Of a stretch of 64,000 bases of DNA, positions 38,574 through 49,051 are shown piece by piece. The translations under genes and the position numbers were made by a program. This DNA is from Nitrosarchaeum sp. (GTDB lineage: Archaea; Thermoproteota; Nitrososphaeria; Nitrososphaerales; Nitrosopumilaceae). Under the pieces are notes generated by a model. The model searched no databases and had not been told where the DNA came from. It saw only the letters and a list, made by a program, of their open reading frames with translations. The stretch is taken from the NCBI GenBank assembly GCA_046712755.1, contig JBKKCM010000059.1:9107-73106 (forward strand), written 5' to 3'. Each line of letters starts with the position of its first letter. Within the stretch, counting starts at the first letter, position 1.

Positions 38574-39599
38574 TTATTTTTTATTTCCCACTGGTTTGGT
38601 TTGTGGTTTAGGGTGGTGTGTTTTAGTTTGAGGTTTGGTTTGTGGTTTAGGGTGGTGTGTTTTAGTTTGAGGTTTGGTTTGTTGTGGTTTAGTTTGAGGT
38701 TTGGTTTGTTGTGGTTTAGTTTGAGTAGATTGGTTTGATTGATGTTGTGGTTTAGTTTGAGTAGGTTGGTTTGATTGATGTTGTGGTTTAGTTTGAGGTT
38801 TGGTTTGTGGTAGCTTTTCATTACGTAGTGTTTGGTATAATTTGAATGCCTGATCAACAGTTGCATTTCCATGAACAATAGATCTAACAGCCCTGATCAT
38901 TGCTACTGGATTTTCAGATTGCCAGATGTTTCTACCCATATCAACACCTACTGCACCACCTTTGATTGAATTGTATGTTAATTGTAATGCATCTAGCTCT
39001 GGAATCTTTTTTCCACCTGCAACAATTATTGGAACAGGGCAAGATTGAACGACTTTATCAAAATTATCGCAATAATAGGTCTTAACAATATGAGCACCTT
39101 GTTCAGCAGCTATTCTGCATGCTAATGAAAGATATCGAGCATCTTTTCCAAGTTCTTTACCAACTGCAGTTACTGCAAGTACTGGAATTCCATATTCTTC
39201 TGCCTCATTAACTAATTTTCCGAGATTTACAATAGTTTGATGTTCATATTTTGAGCCAACAAAAATAGACATTGCAAGTGCGCTGGCATTTAGTCTAATT
39301 GCATCTTTGATACTAACAGTAATTTCTTCTCGCGATAAATCTTCGCCGATAATACTTGAACCTCCAGATACTCGTAAAACCATAGGTACATTAGTAAAAG
39401 TTGGAACCGAGGTTCTTTGTACACCTCGTGTAAGCATCAAAGAATCACAGTACTTCAATAATGGTGCAATTACTTTTTTTGGATTTTCTAATTTTTCAGT
39501 AGGGCCTAAAAAATATCCATGATCAATTGCTAACATTAATGCACGATTATTTTGCGGTTTGATAATTTGTGATAGTCTATTTTTTAATCCCCAATCCAT
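38574..39599 (-). CDS. Class I aldolase/thiolase, LsrF-like, with repetitive C-terminal tail
   Basis: LAIDHG, GAHIVKTY, IVAGG, VDMGRNIWQ. Confidence 0.88.
   Translation of the reverse strand: MDWGLKNRLSQIIKPQNNRALMLAIDHGYFLGPTEKLENPKKVIAPLLKYCDSLMLTRGVQRTSVPTFTNVPMVLRVSGGSSIIGEDLSREEITVSIKDAIRLNASALAMSIFVGSKYEHQTIVNLGKLVNEAEEYGIPVLAVTAVGKELGKDARYLSLACRIAAEQGAHIVKTYYCDNFDKVVQSCPVPIIVAGGKKIPELDALQLTYNSIKGGAVGVDMGRNIWQSENPVAMIRAVRSIVHGNATVDQAFKLYQTLRNEKLPQTKPQTKPQHQSNQPTQTKPQHQSNQSTQTKPQQTKPQTKPQQTKPQTKTHHPKPQTKPQTKTHHPKPQTKPVGNKK
38590..38812 (-). repeat. Coding tandem repeats (TKPQ-based) in the aldolase tail
   Basis: 10 KPQ units; duplicated HQSNQ(P/S)TQ, QTKPQ and TKTHHPKPQ blocks. Confidence 0.9.
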
Positions 39600-39645
39600 A
39601 TCTCTTCGATTTTGAAATAATAGAGATACCTTTCTTAAGCCTTTC

Positions 39646-40674
39646 TTATTTTGTAATAATTATTTTCATTGCATTATCACCACTTCTAGCATGATCAAAT
39701 GCTTTTTGAGAGTCTTGAATAGGATATGTATGAGTCACTAATTGTTTAACATCTATTTGAGAGAATTCAATCAATCTAAGAGCTTCTTTGGTATCATTGT
39801 CAGATGCAGCATAACTGGTCACCAATGTAATTTCTTTAGAATATATTTTGCTCATATTCAAAACAATTTTTGCATCCTTTGAAGGAACACCAAACATCAT
39901 GACAGCCCCACCTTTTCGTACCATATCAATTGCATCTTCTAATGCGTTGAGATTGCTTGTTGCAACTATTGCCACATCTACTCCTTTTCCTTCAGTGTGA
40001 TCCAAAATTCTTTGTTTTCTGTTTTCATCTAAAGAATTAATAGAATCTGTAATGTTAAATTTTTTTGCAAACCCTAATCTAAAGTCATTTACATCAAAAC
40101 AGAAAATCTTTGAGAATTTTTTAGATTGCGCAAGCATTACATGCATCATGCCAGTAGGACCAACACCAAAAATTGCAACCGAATCTCCTTCTTGATAAGA
40201 GTATTTTGTCCATGCTCTAACACAACATGCTAAGGGTTCAATCATTGCAGCTTCTTCAAAACTCATAGAATCAGGAATCTTAAGCACCCCTCCATGATCT
40301 ACACTCCATTTCGGTACAATATATTCTTCAGATAGACCACATGGGGAAAGATTTGTTTCATGATATTTTGGACACATTGTTTCATTACCATGCTTACACA
40401 AGTGACAAGAATAACATGGAACGTGATGATGAGTAAATACTCTATCACCTTTTTTAAATGCAGTTACACCAGAGCTAACATCAATAATTACTCCGGCAGG
40501 TTCATGACCTAATCGCATCGAAGGTTGTCCATATTCTCCAAATACTTTTTCCAAATCAGACCCACATATACCACATGCATACATTTGTACCAAAATATCT
40601 CCAGAACTCAACGTCGGGTTTTCTGTTTCGCTAATTGAGATAATAGATGGTTCTTTGACAGATGCGGCCTTCAT
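39646..40674 (-). CDS. Zn-dependent alcohol dehydrogenase (MDR family)
   Basis: CGICGSD, GHEPAG, CxxCxxC structural Zn site, GVGPTG. Confidence 0.93.
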   Translation of the reverse strand: MKAASVKEPSIISISETENPTLSSGDILVQMYACGICGSDLEKVFGEYGQPSMRLGHEPAGVIIDVSSGVTAFKKGDRVFTHHHVPCYSCHLCKHGNETMCPKYHETNLSPCGLSEEYIVPKWSVDHGGVLKIPDSMSFEEAAMIEPLACCVRAWTKYSYQEGDSVAIFGVGPTGMMHVMLAQSKKFSKIFCFDVNDFRLGFAKKFNITDSINSLDENRKQRILDHTEGKGVDVAIVATSNLNALEDAIDMVRKGGAVMMFGVPSKDAKIVLNMSKIYSKEITLVTSYAASDNDTKEALRLIEFSQIDVKQLVTHTYPIQDSQKAFDHARSGDNAMKIIITK

Positions 40675-40711
40675 ATCAAAACTTTAGAAGATTGAATATA
40701 AGTAGATTAAA

Positions 40712-41005
40712 TTATACACCAAGGATCTTTTTGAGCATCAATCTATAATCAACCTCAGATTTTTCACTCCCCACTGAAGGTAATGCAAAAACCAGAGTAG
40801 ATTTTGCTGCTCGAAGTGCAGTTAGATCATCACTAATAGATTCAGTCATATCATCACTTACCAAAATTAATCCAACCTCAGAATCATCAGTTAGTTTCTT
40901 AATTTCATCTAATGTTTTTTTAGGTGTATCTGAGATTATTCCATGCACTCCTGCTAATTGGAAGCTTGTAACAAAGGATTTGCTTCCTACGGTGAATATT
41001 TTCAC
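40712..41005 (-). CDS. atpF: A/V-type ATP synthase subunit F
   Basis: FVTSFQLAG, VGLILV. Confidence 0.8.
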   Translation of the reverse strand: MKIFTVGSKSFVTSFQLAGVHGIISDTPKKTLDEIKKLTDDSEVGLILVSDDMTESISDDLTALRAAKSTLVFALPSVGSEKSEVDYRLMLKKILGV

Positions 41006-41094
41006 AGATCAAAATTTTGTTTATTCTAATTTAACCCTTTTTGGAGGGATTAGATCAGGAAAGATTGATTTAGTTTAAGATATCAAAGTAAATT

Positions 41095-41394
41095 ATGGTA
41101 AAAATTGACAGTCAAAAAAATGTCTACCTATTCACGCATGGAAGAATGGATCTACAAGAAAAAGCAGTAAGTATCCTAGTCTCAAAAGGATTCTCAAAGG
41201 AGAAAATCGTCATGGCATTACCAAGTAAAGTTGGAAATGTTGGCGATTATATGGCAATGCTTTGGATGCCACCTACCCCAGATCACATAAAAATTCAGCA
41301 CATAACCAAAGTTGAAGAAGTAAAACCAGAAGGAATGACTGGACTTTGGAAAGGTGTTTCAAAAGAGGACATTGAAACTATTCCGTTAGGATAG
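41095..41394 (+). CDS. Conserved hypothetical protein
   Basis: 99-aa ORF. Confidence 0.6.
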   Translation: MVKIDSQKNVYLFTHGRMDLQEKAVSILVSKGFSKEKIVMALPSKVGNVGDYMAMLWMPPTPDHIKIQHITKVEEVKPEGMTGLWKGVSKEDIETIPLG

Positions 41395-41396
41395 AA

Positions 41397-41648
41397 CTAG
41401 CTGAATCCAGCACCAAACTCATCACCCTTTTGAAGAGGGTCACCAGAATCTAAATTTTTTAATTTTAAGTAAAGCAATGATTCATAGATTAACTTTGTTG
41501 TGTCCTCATCGTTGAGATTGGAGTTAGATTTTACTTGGTCTGTATATTTTTGTAATTTCTGAGTATTTTGTTCATCAACAGACAATCCATCTTTTTCCAT
41601 CATTGTTGCAATTTTTTCAATTAGGGAATTGTATTGATTTTCATCCAC
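41397..41648 (-). CDS. Hypothetical protein
   Basis: 83-aa ORF. Confidence 0.55.
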   Translation of the reverse strand: MDENQYNSLIEKIATMMEKDGLSVDEQNTQKLQKYTDQVKSNSNLNDEDTTKLIYESLLYLKLKNLDSGDPLQKGDEFGAGFS

Positions 41649-41697
41649 AATAATTTTGTATTATTTCTAGTTATTAACAAGTTCTAATAATAGAATT

Positions 41698-42000
41698 TTA
41701 TAAATCTGAAATTAATCCTGCAAGAAAATCACCGTATTCTTCATCAGAAAATCTAATTGTTTCTATTTTATTTTCTTTTTTTGCCAAGTATGCAGATTCT
41801 AAATGATAGCAGATTGTTTTTCCATTTAATCTACCAAAATAATATCCAGGACAAGAACAATATTCAGCATCAGGATCTAACCAGTGCTCTTTACCTTTTC
41901 CAACTACAGTCCAAATTTTTTTTTGACTGGGTTCAAAAAGATGTAATTTAACGCGTTTTTCAGAAACTACAGATTCGATTCTTTCAGAATCTTTGTTCAC
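41698..42000 (-). CDS. SWIM zinc-finger protein
   Basis: YCSCPGY...ICYHL. Confidence 0.75.
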   Translation of the reverse strand: MNKDSERIESVVSEKRVKLHLFEPSQKKIWTVVGKGKEHWLDPDAEYCSCPGYYFGRLNGKTICYHLESAYLAKKENKIETIRFSDEEYGDFLAGLISDL

Positions 42001-42031
42001 AAGAATTTAATCCATTGTCTATTGTATATCT

Positions 42032-42784
42032 TTGATGCTCAAAACAAGAATAATTCCATCAAAACCAATAATGGTCTTAGAGGGAGAAAAAAAGAGCCTC
42101 ATAGTTACAGACATTCATATCGGATTTGAAAGTACACTTGCATCAAATGAAATCTTTATTGGAAAAAATACGTCAATTAATGAAACAATAGAAGAATTAT
42201 CAAATGTTATTGATTCAGAAAAACCAGACTCGCTCATTTTATTAGGAGACATAAAATCTAGCATCAAAAACATCTCAAAAAGTGAATGGGATGAAGTTCC
42301 ATTATTTTTTAATAGAATTAAACAAAAATGCGATATAATATTAATTCCTGGAAATCATGATGCAAACATACAGAGACTAGTTCCAGAAAATATCTCAATG
42401 ATTAGTTCAATTGGAATGGTGGAAGAAAATATCTTGCTTACACATGGACATACAATGCCTTCAGAAAATTTTTCCCATGTAGATAAAATCATCATGGGTC
42501 ATGTACATCCTGTATTTTTTCAAGAAGATTCAGTACTAAATGGACAAAGAGTATGGATTTCAATAAAGACAGAAAAACAAAATATTTTCCCAAATAAATC
42601 AGGAGATATGGAAATAACTATTATGCCATCATTTAATAGGTATTTTTATGCAACACACAAAAAAAAATATAAAAAATCAATTTCCCCAATAATAGAAAAA
42701 ATCAAACAAGTATCATCTGCTAGAATAATTACATTAGATGGAACAATTATTGGAGATGAATCAATAATTGATCAAGTGTTATAG
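42032..42784 (+). CDS. Metallophosphoesterase
   Basis: TDIHIG, LGD, PGNHD, THGH, GHVHP. Confidence 0.9.
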   Translation: MMLKTRIIPSKPIMVLEGEKKSLIVTDIHIGFESTLASNEIFIGKNTSINETIEELSNVIDSEKPDSLILLGDIKSSIKNISKSEWDEVPLFFNRIKQKCDIILIPGNHDANIQRLVPENISMISSIGMVEENILLTHGHTMPSENFSHVDKIIMGHVHPVFFQEDSVLNGQRVWISIKTEKQNIFPNKSGDMEITIMPSFNRYFYATHKKKYKKSISPIIEKIKQVSSARIITLDGTIIGDESIIDQVL

Positions 42785-42865
42785 TAGAATTCAAATCAAT
42801 AATAATTTTTGTAACAAATGTTTATGTTTTTTAAAAATGGTACTTAGGATTACAGTGAGGAGACA

Positions 42866-45800
42866 TTATTCTATTTTATCATAGGGGTCAATAGGGTCTT
42901 TTGTTGTTTTATTGTCTTTGAGCCATTCCAGAGTCTTTACAAAAGAATCGGCTAGTTCAATAGTTGTAAGAACAGGAATTCCCAATTCAATGGATTTTCT
43001 TCTAATTTGATATTCATCATCAAGCATTCCAACATATTTTTCAAGTGTTGATGTGCTGGGAATATTTATGATAAAGTCTATCTTTCGTTCATAGAGTAAA
43101 TCTGCAATGTTAGGTTTTCGTGTAGGTTCCGAAATTTTGTGAACTACTTCAATATCACCAATCTTTTCTTCAAAAAATTCTGCAGTATGCTCAGTCGCAA
43201 GTATTTTAAATCCAAGACTTTTCAATCGTGCGATTGGTTGCAATAACTTTTCTTTATTTTGAGATCCACCTACGGTAACAAGTGCTGTACCTGTACTTGG
43301 GAGAGTGTATCCTGCAGAAGTAAGCCCTTTAGCTAACGCATCGTAAAAGCTTGTGCCAAAGCATGCAACTTCGCCAGTAGATTGCATTTCCACTCCTAGC
43401 CTAATATCTGCCCCCTCTAGTTGCATAAATGAGAATTGGGGTACCTTGATTCCAAAATTGTGAATTTTTTGCCATTTGTTTTCAGGTAATTTAGGTAGAG
43501 GTTTACCCAAGATTGCCTTTGCTGCTAGGGAGATAAGATTTGTCTTAACAAGTTTTGATACAAAAGGCATGGAACGAGATGCCCTAATATTTAATTCAAT
43601 TACATAGACATGATCATCATGGATCAAAAATTGAAGATTAAAGGGTCCTTTAACATTAAACGTTTTTGCAATCTTTGTAGAGTATTCAGTTATAGTTTCA
43701 ATAGTTTTGTTGTTGAGTCGCCATGGTGGAATACACATCATAGCGTCACCAGAGTGAACACCTGCACTTTCAATGTGTTCAACTATGGCTCCAATTATAA
43801 CATCAGTTCCATTACTAACACCATCAACATCAACTTCTAGTGAATTTAGCATGAATTTTGAGATAACAACAGGGTGATCAGGAGATACGTCTGTTGCTTC
43901 TTTAACATATTTTTTTAATTCATCTTGAGACCATACAACTTTCATTGCAGCACCAGATAACACATATGAGGGCCTAACAATTACTGGGAACCCCACATCT
44001 TGTGCAAAACTTTTTGCCTCAGTAATATTTGAAAATGCTTGCCATCGAGGCTGTTGAATATGCAATTTATCTAATTCAGCACTGAATTTGGAACGGTCTT
44101 CTGCTCTATCAACATCATCTGCCGCAGTACCCATTATGTTAATACCATTTTTTGCAAGACTTAATGTCAAATTATTTGCGGTTTGACCTCCAACACAAGT
44201 AACTATGCCTTTTGGATTTTCAAATTCTGCAATATCTAAAATCCTTTCCAAAGTTAATTCTTCAAAGTATAGTCTGCTACAAATATCATAATCAGTAGAA
44301 ACAGTTTCAGGATTACAGTTTACAACTGAAACATTTTTTTCGCCATTTTCTTGCAAACCCCAAACCATGTTTACAGTACCCCAATCAAATTCCACGCTAC
44401 TGCCAATACGATAAGGACCTGCACCAAGTACAATGATCCCTTTTTCATCAGATGTAATTTCAATATCATTTTGATTACCACCATATGTTAGATAGAGATA
44501 ATTGGTAACTGCAGGCCATTCAGCTGCCAAAGTATCAATTTGCTTTACAGAAGGCAAAACACCTGCTTTTTTACGTATTTCACGTATTTCTTCAGCAGAT
44601 TTATCTTTTGCACGAGCGATTTGCTTATCAGAAAATCCCATCTTTTTTGACTCCCAAAGTAAAGAAGTGGTAAGTTGTTCTTGTTTTAATTTGGATTCAA
44701 CATCAACAATATTTTTGATCTTTTCAATAAACCAAGGATCAATTGCAGAAAGTTTATAGATTTTCTCAACTGAGATTCCCATCTTAAGAGCAGCAGCCAC
44801 AAAATATAAAATCAAATCATCAGGGTGAGAAAGGTGGTCTTCTATTTGCTCTTCGTTATATGATTCCATATTTGCTCGATTTAGAACAAGACCGTCATTT
44901 CCAATATCAAGCATACGTATTGATTTTTGTAATGATTCCTCAAAACTTCTTCCAATTGCCATAACTTCACCAACTGATTTCATTGTAGGACCAAGTTTTC
45001 GCTTTACAAGATCAAATTTTGCAAAATCCCATCTAGGATGCTTACATACAATATAATCCAAAGAAGGCTCAAAACAAGCAGTGGTAGTTTTTGTAATTCT
45101 GTTTTCTAATTCCGGTAAGGTATATCCCAATCCAATTTTTGCAGACATGTATGCAAGTGGATAACCAGTTGCTTTGCTTGCAAGTGCAGAAGAACGTGAT
45201 AGTCTAGGATTGATTTCGATTGCAACGTATCTATCAGAATCAGGATCTAATCCATATTGTATATTACATTCGCCTACAATTCCAACATGTTTTGTTGCAC
45301 GTAAAGCTGCAGAGCGAAGCATGTGATATTCATGATTATCAATTGTTTGAGAAGGGGCAACAACAATATTATCACCAGTATGAACTTTCATTGAAAGAAC
45401 ATTTTCCATATTACAAACAATCACATTGTTTCCATCATAATCTTGCATTACTTCATATTCTATTTGCTTCCAATGTCCAATGTATTCCTCAATTAAGACT
45501 TGCCCTACAAGACTTGCCCTTAGTCCTCGTTCAACAATTTCATGTAATTCAATTTCATTGTAAGCAACTCCACCACCCTTACCGCCAAGTGTATACGCTA
45601 CTCGAATAATTACAGGATATCCTAATTCTTGAGCAATTTCTTTTGCGTCTATAAAATTTGTAACGGTTCTACTTTTTAGAATTGGAACATTACATTGATC
45701 CATAGAATCTTTGAAGAGTTGTCGATCCTCAGTTCTTTGAATTCCAGAAATTTGTGTGCCTAAAACACGTACGCCATACTTTTCAAGTATGCCTGCCTGT

Positions 45801-46129
45801 GCAAGATTAACACCGCAGTTCAAAGCAGTTTGACCTCCATATGCTAGCATTATACCATCAGGTCTCTCCTTTTCGATAATAGATTCTACATACTCTACAT
45901 TCACAGGCAACAAATACACTTTATTTGCAAATCTAGTATCTGTCTGAATTGTTGCAATGTTTGGATTGATTAAGATACTTTTCAGTCCATCTTCGTGTAT
46001 TGCTTTGAGGCATTGGCTTCCGGAGTAGTCAAATTGACGGTCGTTTTAGCGACTTTCGCCGGCTTCTCCGATTTTTATTGCCCCACTACCAAGTACAAGA
46101 ATTTTTTTTATCGACTCATCCTTCGGCAG
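42866..46129 (-). CDS. carB: Carbamoyl-phosphate synthase large subunit; two exons 46129-46055 and 46033-42866, 1080 aa after splicing
   Basis: Exon 1 (CTG start, GGAGG upstream) LPKDESIKKILVLGSGAIKIGEAGE; exon 2 FDYSGSQCLKA...; two ATP-grasp domains and an MGS domain. Confidence 0.93.
46034..46054 (-). other. Putative BHB-type mRNA intron (21 nt) in carB
   Basis: AGUCGCUAAAACGACCGUCAA; in-frame UAA; 4-bp central helix with bulges at both junctions. Confidence 0.85.
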
Positions 46130-47198
46130 ATTTACCTTCCTCCATAAGGTGTTTGAGTTCTTCAAAGACGAATTTACAATCATAAGGTCCTGGTGCAGCT
46201 TCGGGATGAAACTGGACAGCAATACAATTTTGTTTTTTGTGTTTTATTCCTTCGACTGTTTTATCGTCTGCGTTTGTAAACCATAAATTAAATTCAGATG
46301 CATTCAAAGATTCAGGAGTTATTCCATAACCATGATTCTGACTTGTAACATAAACTTGATTATTTTCTAAATTAACACATGGTTTGTTTTGTCCTCTATG
46401 ACCATACTTTAATTTGTAAGTTTGAGTGTTCCCAGCAAGACCAATGATTTGCGCACCTAAACAAATTCCAAGTGTTGGGATATTATTTTTAATTAGTTTT
46501 CGTGCAGTTTCAATAGTATCAGGACATTTTTGAGGATCACCAGGACCATTGCTAATTACAACGCCTTTTGGATGATATGACATAATTTTTTCAAAAGATG
46601 TGTTCCAAGGTAATTTTATTACTTTGTACCCAAGATCACGAATGTTTCTTAGTATTGCATTTTTTGTACCAGTATCAATTACAACAACGGATTTTTCTTC
46701 AGACCCATACATCACTGCTTCTTTGGTAGATACTGTATCCATAAATTGTTCAGAGTTGTAATTAGGAGCAGATGCAAGTTGTTTTTTTATTTCATCTACA
46801 TTAATTTCAGTGTCAGATACTACTAAAGCAGCCATCATCACTCCTCCGGTACGAAGATTTTTTGTTAGTGCTCTTGTATCAATTCCGGAAATTCCAGGGA
46901 TTTTTTCATTATATAACCACTCATCCAGAGTCATAGAGAGATTCCAATGACTGGCAGTTAGAGACAGTTCATGAACAACTAGTCCTCTTAGTTGAATTTT
47001 GTTAGATTCAAAGAACTTTGAGATTCCATCTTGATCTTTAATGGATGGATCCGGCACACCATAGTTTCCTACAAGAGGATAGGTAAGTGTAAGAATTTGT
47101 CCACTATACGATGGATCAGTAAGAGTTTCAGGATAACCCACCATCCCAGTATTAAAAACAAGTTCACCAAAAACGGTTGTAGAATAACCAAATCCCAT
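46116..47198 (-). CDS. carA: Carbamoyl-phosphate synthase small subunit; reading frame continues upstream to 47306 with no ATG/GTG/TTG
   Basis: GELVFNTGMVGY, SNGPGDP, GICLG, QFHPE; upstream in-frame KFGKLILDDGTVLDG. Confidence 0.93.
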   Translation of the reverse strand: MGFGYSTTVFGELVFNTGMVGYPETLTDPSYSGQILTLTYPLVGNYGVPDPSIKDQDGISKFFESNKIQLRGLVVHELSLTASHWNLSMTLDEWLYNEKIPGISGIDTRALTKNLRTGGVMMAALVVSDTEINVDEIKKQLASAPNYNSEQFMDTVSTKEAVMYGSEEKSVVVIDTGTKNAILRNIRDLGYKVIKLPWNTSFEKIMSYHPKGVVISNGPGDPQKCPDTIETARKLIKNNIPTLGICLGAQIIGLAGNTQTYKLKYGHRGQNKPCVNLENNQVYVTSQNHGYGITPESLNASEFNLWFTNADDKTVEGIKHKKQNCIAVQFHPEAAPGPYDCKFVFEELKHLMEEGKSAEG

Positions 47199-47350
47199 CC
47201 CGTCAAGGACAGTGCCATCATCAAGAATCAGCTTCCCAAACTTGTTTGCGTGGATTGATTTCTTTGTAGTAATTGTGACCCTCGACGAGTACTTTTGATT
47301 ATAAATTTAAGTTTTTTGAAAGTTGATCGCAAAATGAAATTGAAAATTTC

Positions 47351-48544
47351 TCATAGTGCCCGGAATTCTTCGCTCCACTTGTGATATGCACGGATCATTT
47401 CAAGTGAAACGCTTGGTTTTCTTCTTTCCATGATTGTCTTAAAATCAGATGTGGTAAGTTCACGTGGTTGTATTGGGGATTCACCAGATACTGGTTCATG
47501 ATAATCAGGGGCATTGAAAATTTCATGAACTGCCTTAATTTGTGCTGCTTGGCAAACGTCTTTGATATCACTTGCACTATAGCCATCAAATAATTTTGCA
47601 AGTTCTGTTATGTTAACTCGAATATCTTTTTTTAAGGGAGCAGTATATTGCTCAAATAATTTCTCTCTTGCTTCTTGCGTTGGAAGTGAAACATAAATTC
47701 TTTTTTGGAATCTTCTAAGAAAAGGCCAATCAAGACTCCATGGCTTGTTAGTAGCACCAATAACATAAAGCATCAAATCTTTACCTTTACCATTAACACC
47801 ATCCATTTCTGTCAAGAATTGATTTTTTGTTCTTACCTCTCCTCCAACTTCACTATTTCTAGAACCTAAAAGAGAATCAACCTCATCTACAAAAAGAATG
47901 ACAGGCTTTCCTTCTTTTTCAGCATATTTTCTTGCCATGGCAAATAATTTTGAAACATTTTTTTCAGCCTCACCTAACCATTTACTCATCATGGATGCGG
48001 CATCCACGTTGATAAAATATCCATCCATTTCATTTGCAGTAGCAGCTGCCAACATAGTTTTTCCAGTTCCTGGTGGACCATAAAGTAACATTCCTTTTGG
48101 CCAACCCAAAGGAAACAGATCAGGTCTTTTGGTAGGATAAACTATTGATTCACGTAATGCGTTCTTTGCATCATCTAATCCAATTACTTCACTCCAACTG
48201 ATATTGGGTTTTTCTTTCATTACAAGGTCTTCAAAATCATTTTCATCAGTTTGTCTTTGTACAGAAGCTTGTTGTTCTTTAGGAGAGGCGTTTGGATCCA
48301 CTGCAGGTTCCACTCCGCGTGATTCTTGAAGTGCAGTTATTCTGTTATGATAAGAATTGCATCGGTCTTTGTAAATAGGATTAAGTTTGCTTGTTGGATA
48401 AAGTTGTAATAGTTTTACAAGTGAATCAATTGCACGCTGATAATGTGTGATGGCCATACCTCGCGCTCCTTGAGAATCAAACTTGATTGCTTCTGAAGCA
48501 TACTTGCTTGCATTATTTTCTAATTCTTGCGGTGCTAAACTCAT
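47351..48544 (-). CDS. cdvC: Vps4-like AAA+ ATPase (CdvC)
   Basis: N-terminal MIT domain, GPPGTGKT, FVDEVD, LRRFQKR. Confidence 0.9.
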   Translation of the reverse strand: MSLAPQELENNASKYASEAIKFDSQGARGMAITHYQRAIDSLVKLLQLYPTSKLNPIYKDRCNSYHNRITALQESRGVEPAVDPNASPKEQQASVQRQTDENDFEDLVMKEKPNISWSEVIGLDDAKNALRESIVYPTKRPDLFPLGWPKGMLLYGPPGTGKTMLAAATANEMDGYFINVDAASMMSKWLGEAEKNVSKLFAMARKYAEKEGKPVILFVDEVDSLLGSRNSEVGGEVRTKNQFLTEMDGVNGKGKDLMLYVIGATNKPWSLDWPFLRRFQKRIYVSLPTQEAREKLFEQYTAPLKKDIRVNITELAKLFDGYSASDIKDVCQAAQIKAVHEIFNAPDYHEPVSGESPIQPRELTTSDFKTIMERRKPSVSLEMIRAYHKWSEEFRAL

Positions 48545-49051
48545 CTATATCACTTGTACAGTACTCCCTTGAGAATTTTGTTGGTATTCAGAGGGGTTAA
48601 CCGCTGTAGTAAAATTGGTTAAATTAATTGAACCAGTTTTAGGTTCATTGTCAGTAGAGTCATCTAGATATGATTTTTCAAGGTCAGATTTTTCTGAAAT
48701 TTTTGAGTGCATGTTTTTGACTTTATTAATAGAATCCTCAGCAGACAGAATTAATTCAGATATTTCATCGTCAATGCATTCTATTGATTGGGCAGATTCT
48801 GTGATAATCGAAACAAAATGTTGTAAAATCAAACGGGTCTCTTTTTTATCTTCGTATTTAAAGAGCATAAAATTAGCCAATCCTACAATTTTATTTATGT
48901 CCTGTAATTCCTCCAGAGATAATTTATCAATTTTAACATCTGGGGCATTAGAGGCAGATAGTTTTTTTTCAATTTTTGCAGATAAAGATTGGATATGATC
49001 TATATCTTTTGAAAAATCACGTTTGGAGTTAATAAAATTCAAGTATTGCAT
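48545..49051 (-). CDS. Hypothetical helical protein in the cdvC cluster
   Basis: 168-aa ORF abutting cdvC. Confidence 0.6.
   Translation of the reverse strand: MQYLNFINSKRDFSKDIDHIQSLSAKIEKKLSASNAPDVKIDKLSLEELQDINKIVGLANFMLFKYEDKKETRLILQHFVSIITESAQSIECIDDEISELILSAEDSINKVKNMHSKISEKSDLEKSYLDDSTDNEPKTGSINLTNFTTAVNPSEYQQNSQGSTVQVI

Noticed and set aside
38590-38812. CRISPR array or mobile repeat
   Set aside because: There are no unique spacers, and all units are in frame within the aldolase C-terminus.
40712-41005. Orphan atpF away from the ATP synthase operon
   Set aside because: As I recall, this separate location is usual in this lineage.
42866-45919. carB as an N-terminally truncated gene or pseudogene (ORF-track call)
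   Set aside because: The upstream frame encodes the conserved N-terminus. The only lesion is a 21-nt insertion whose BHB-predicted junctions restore the frame exactly, and no other CPS large subunit is seen in the window.
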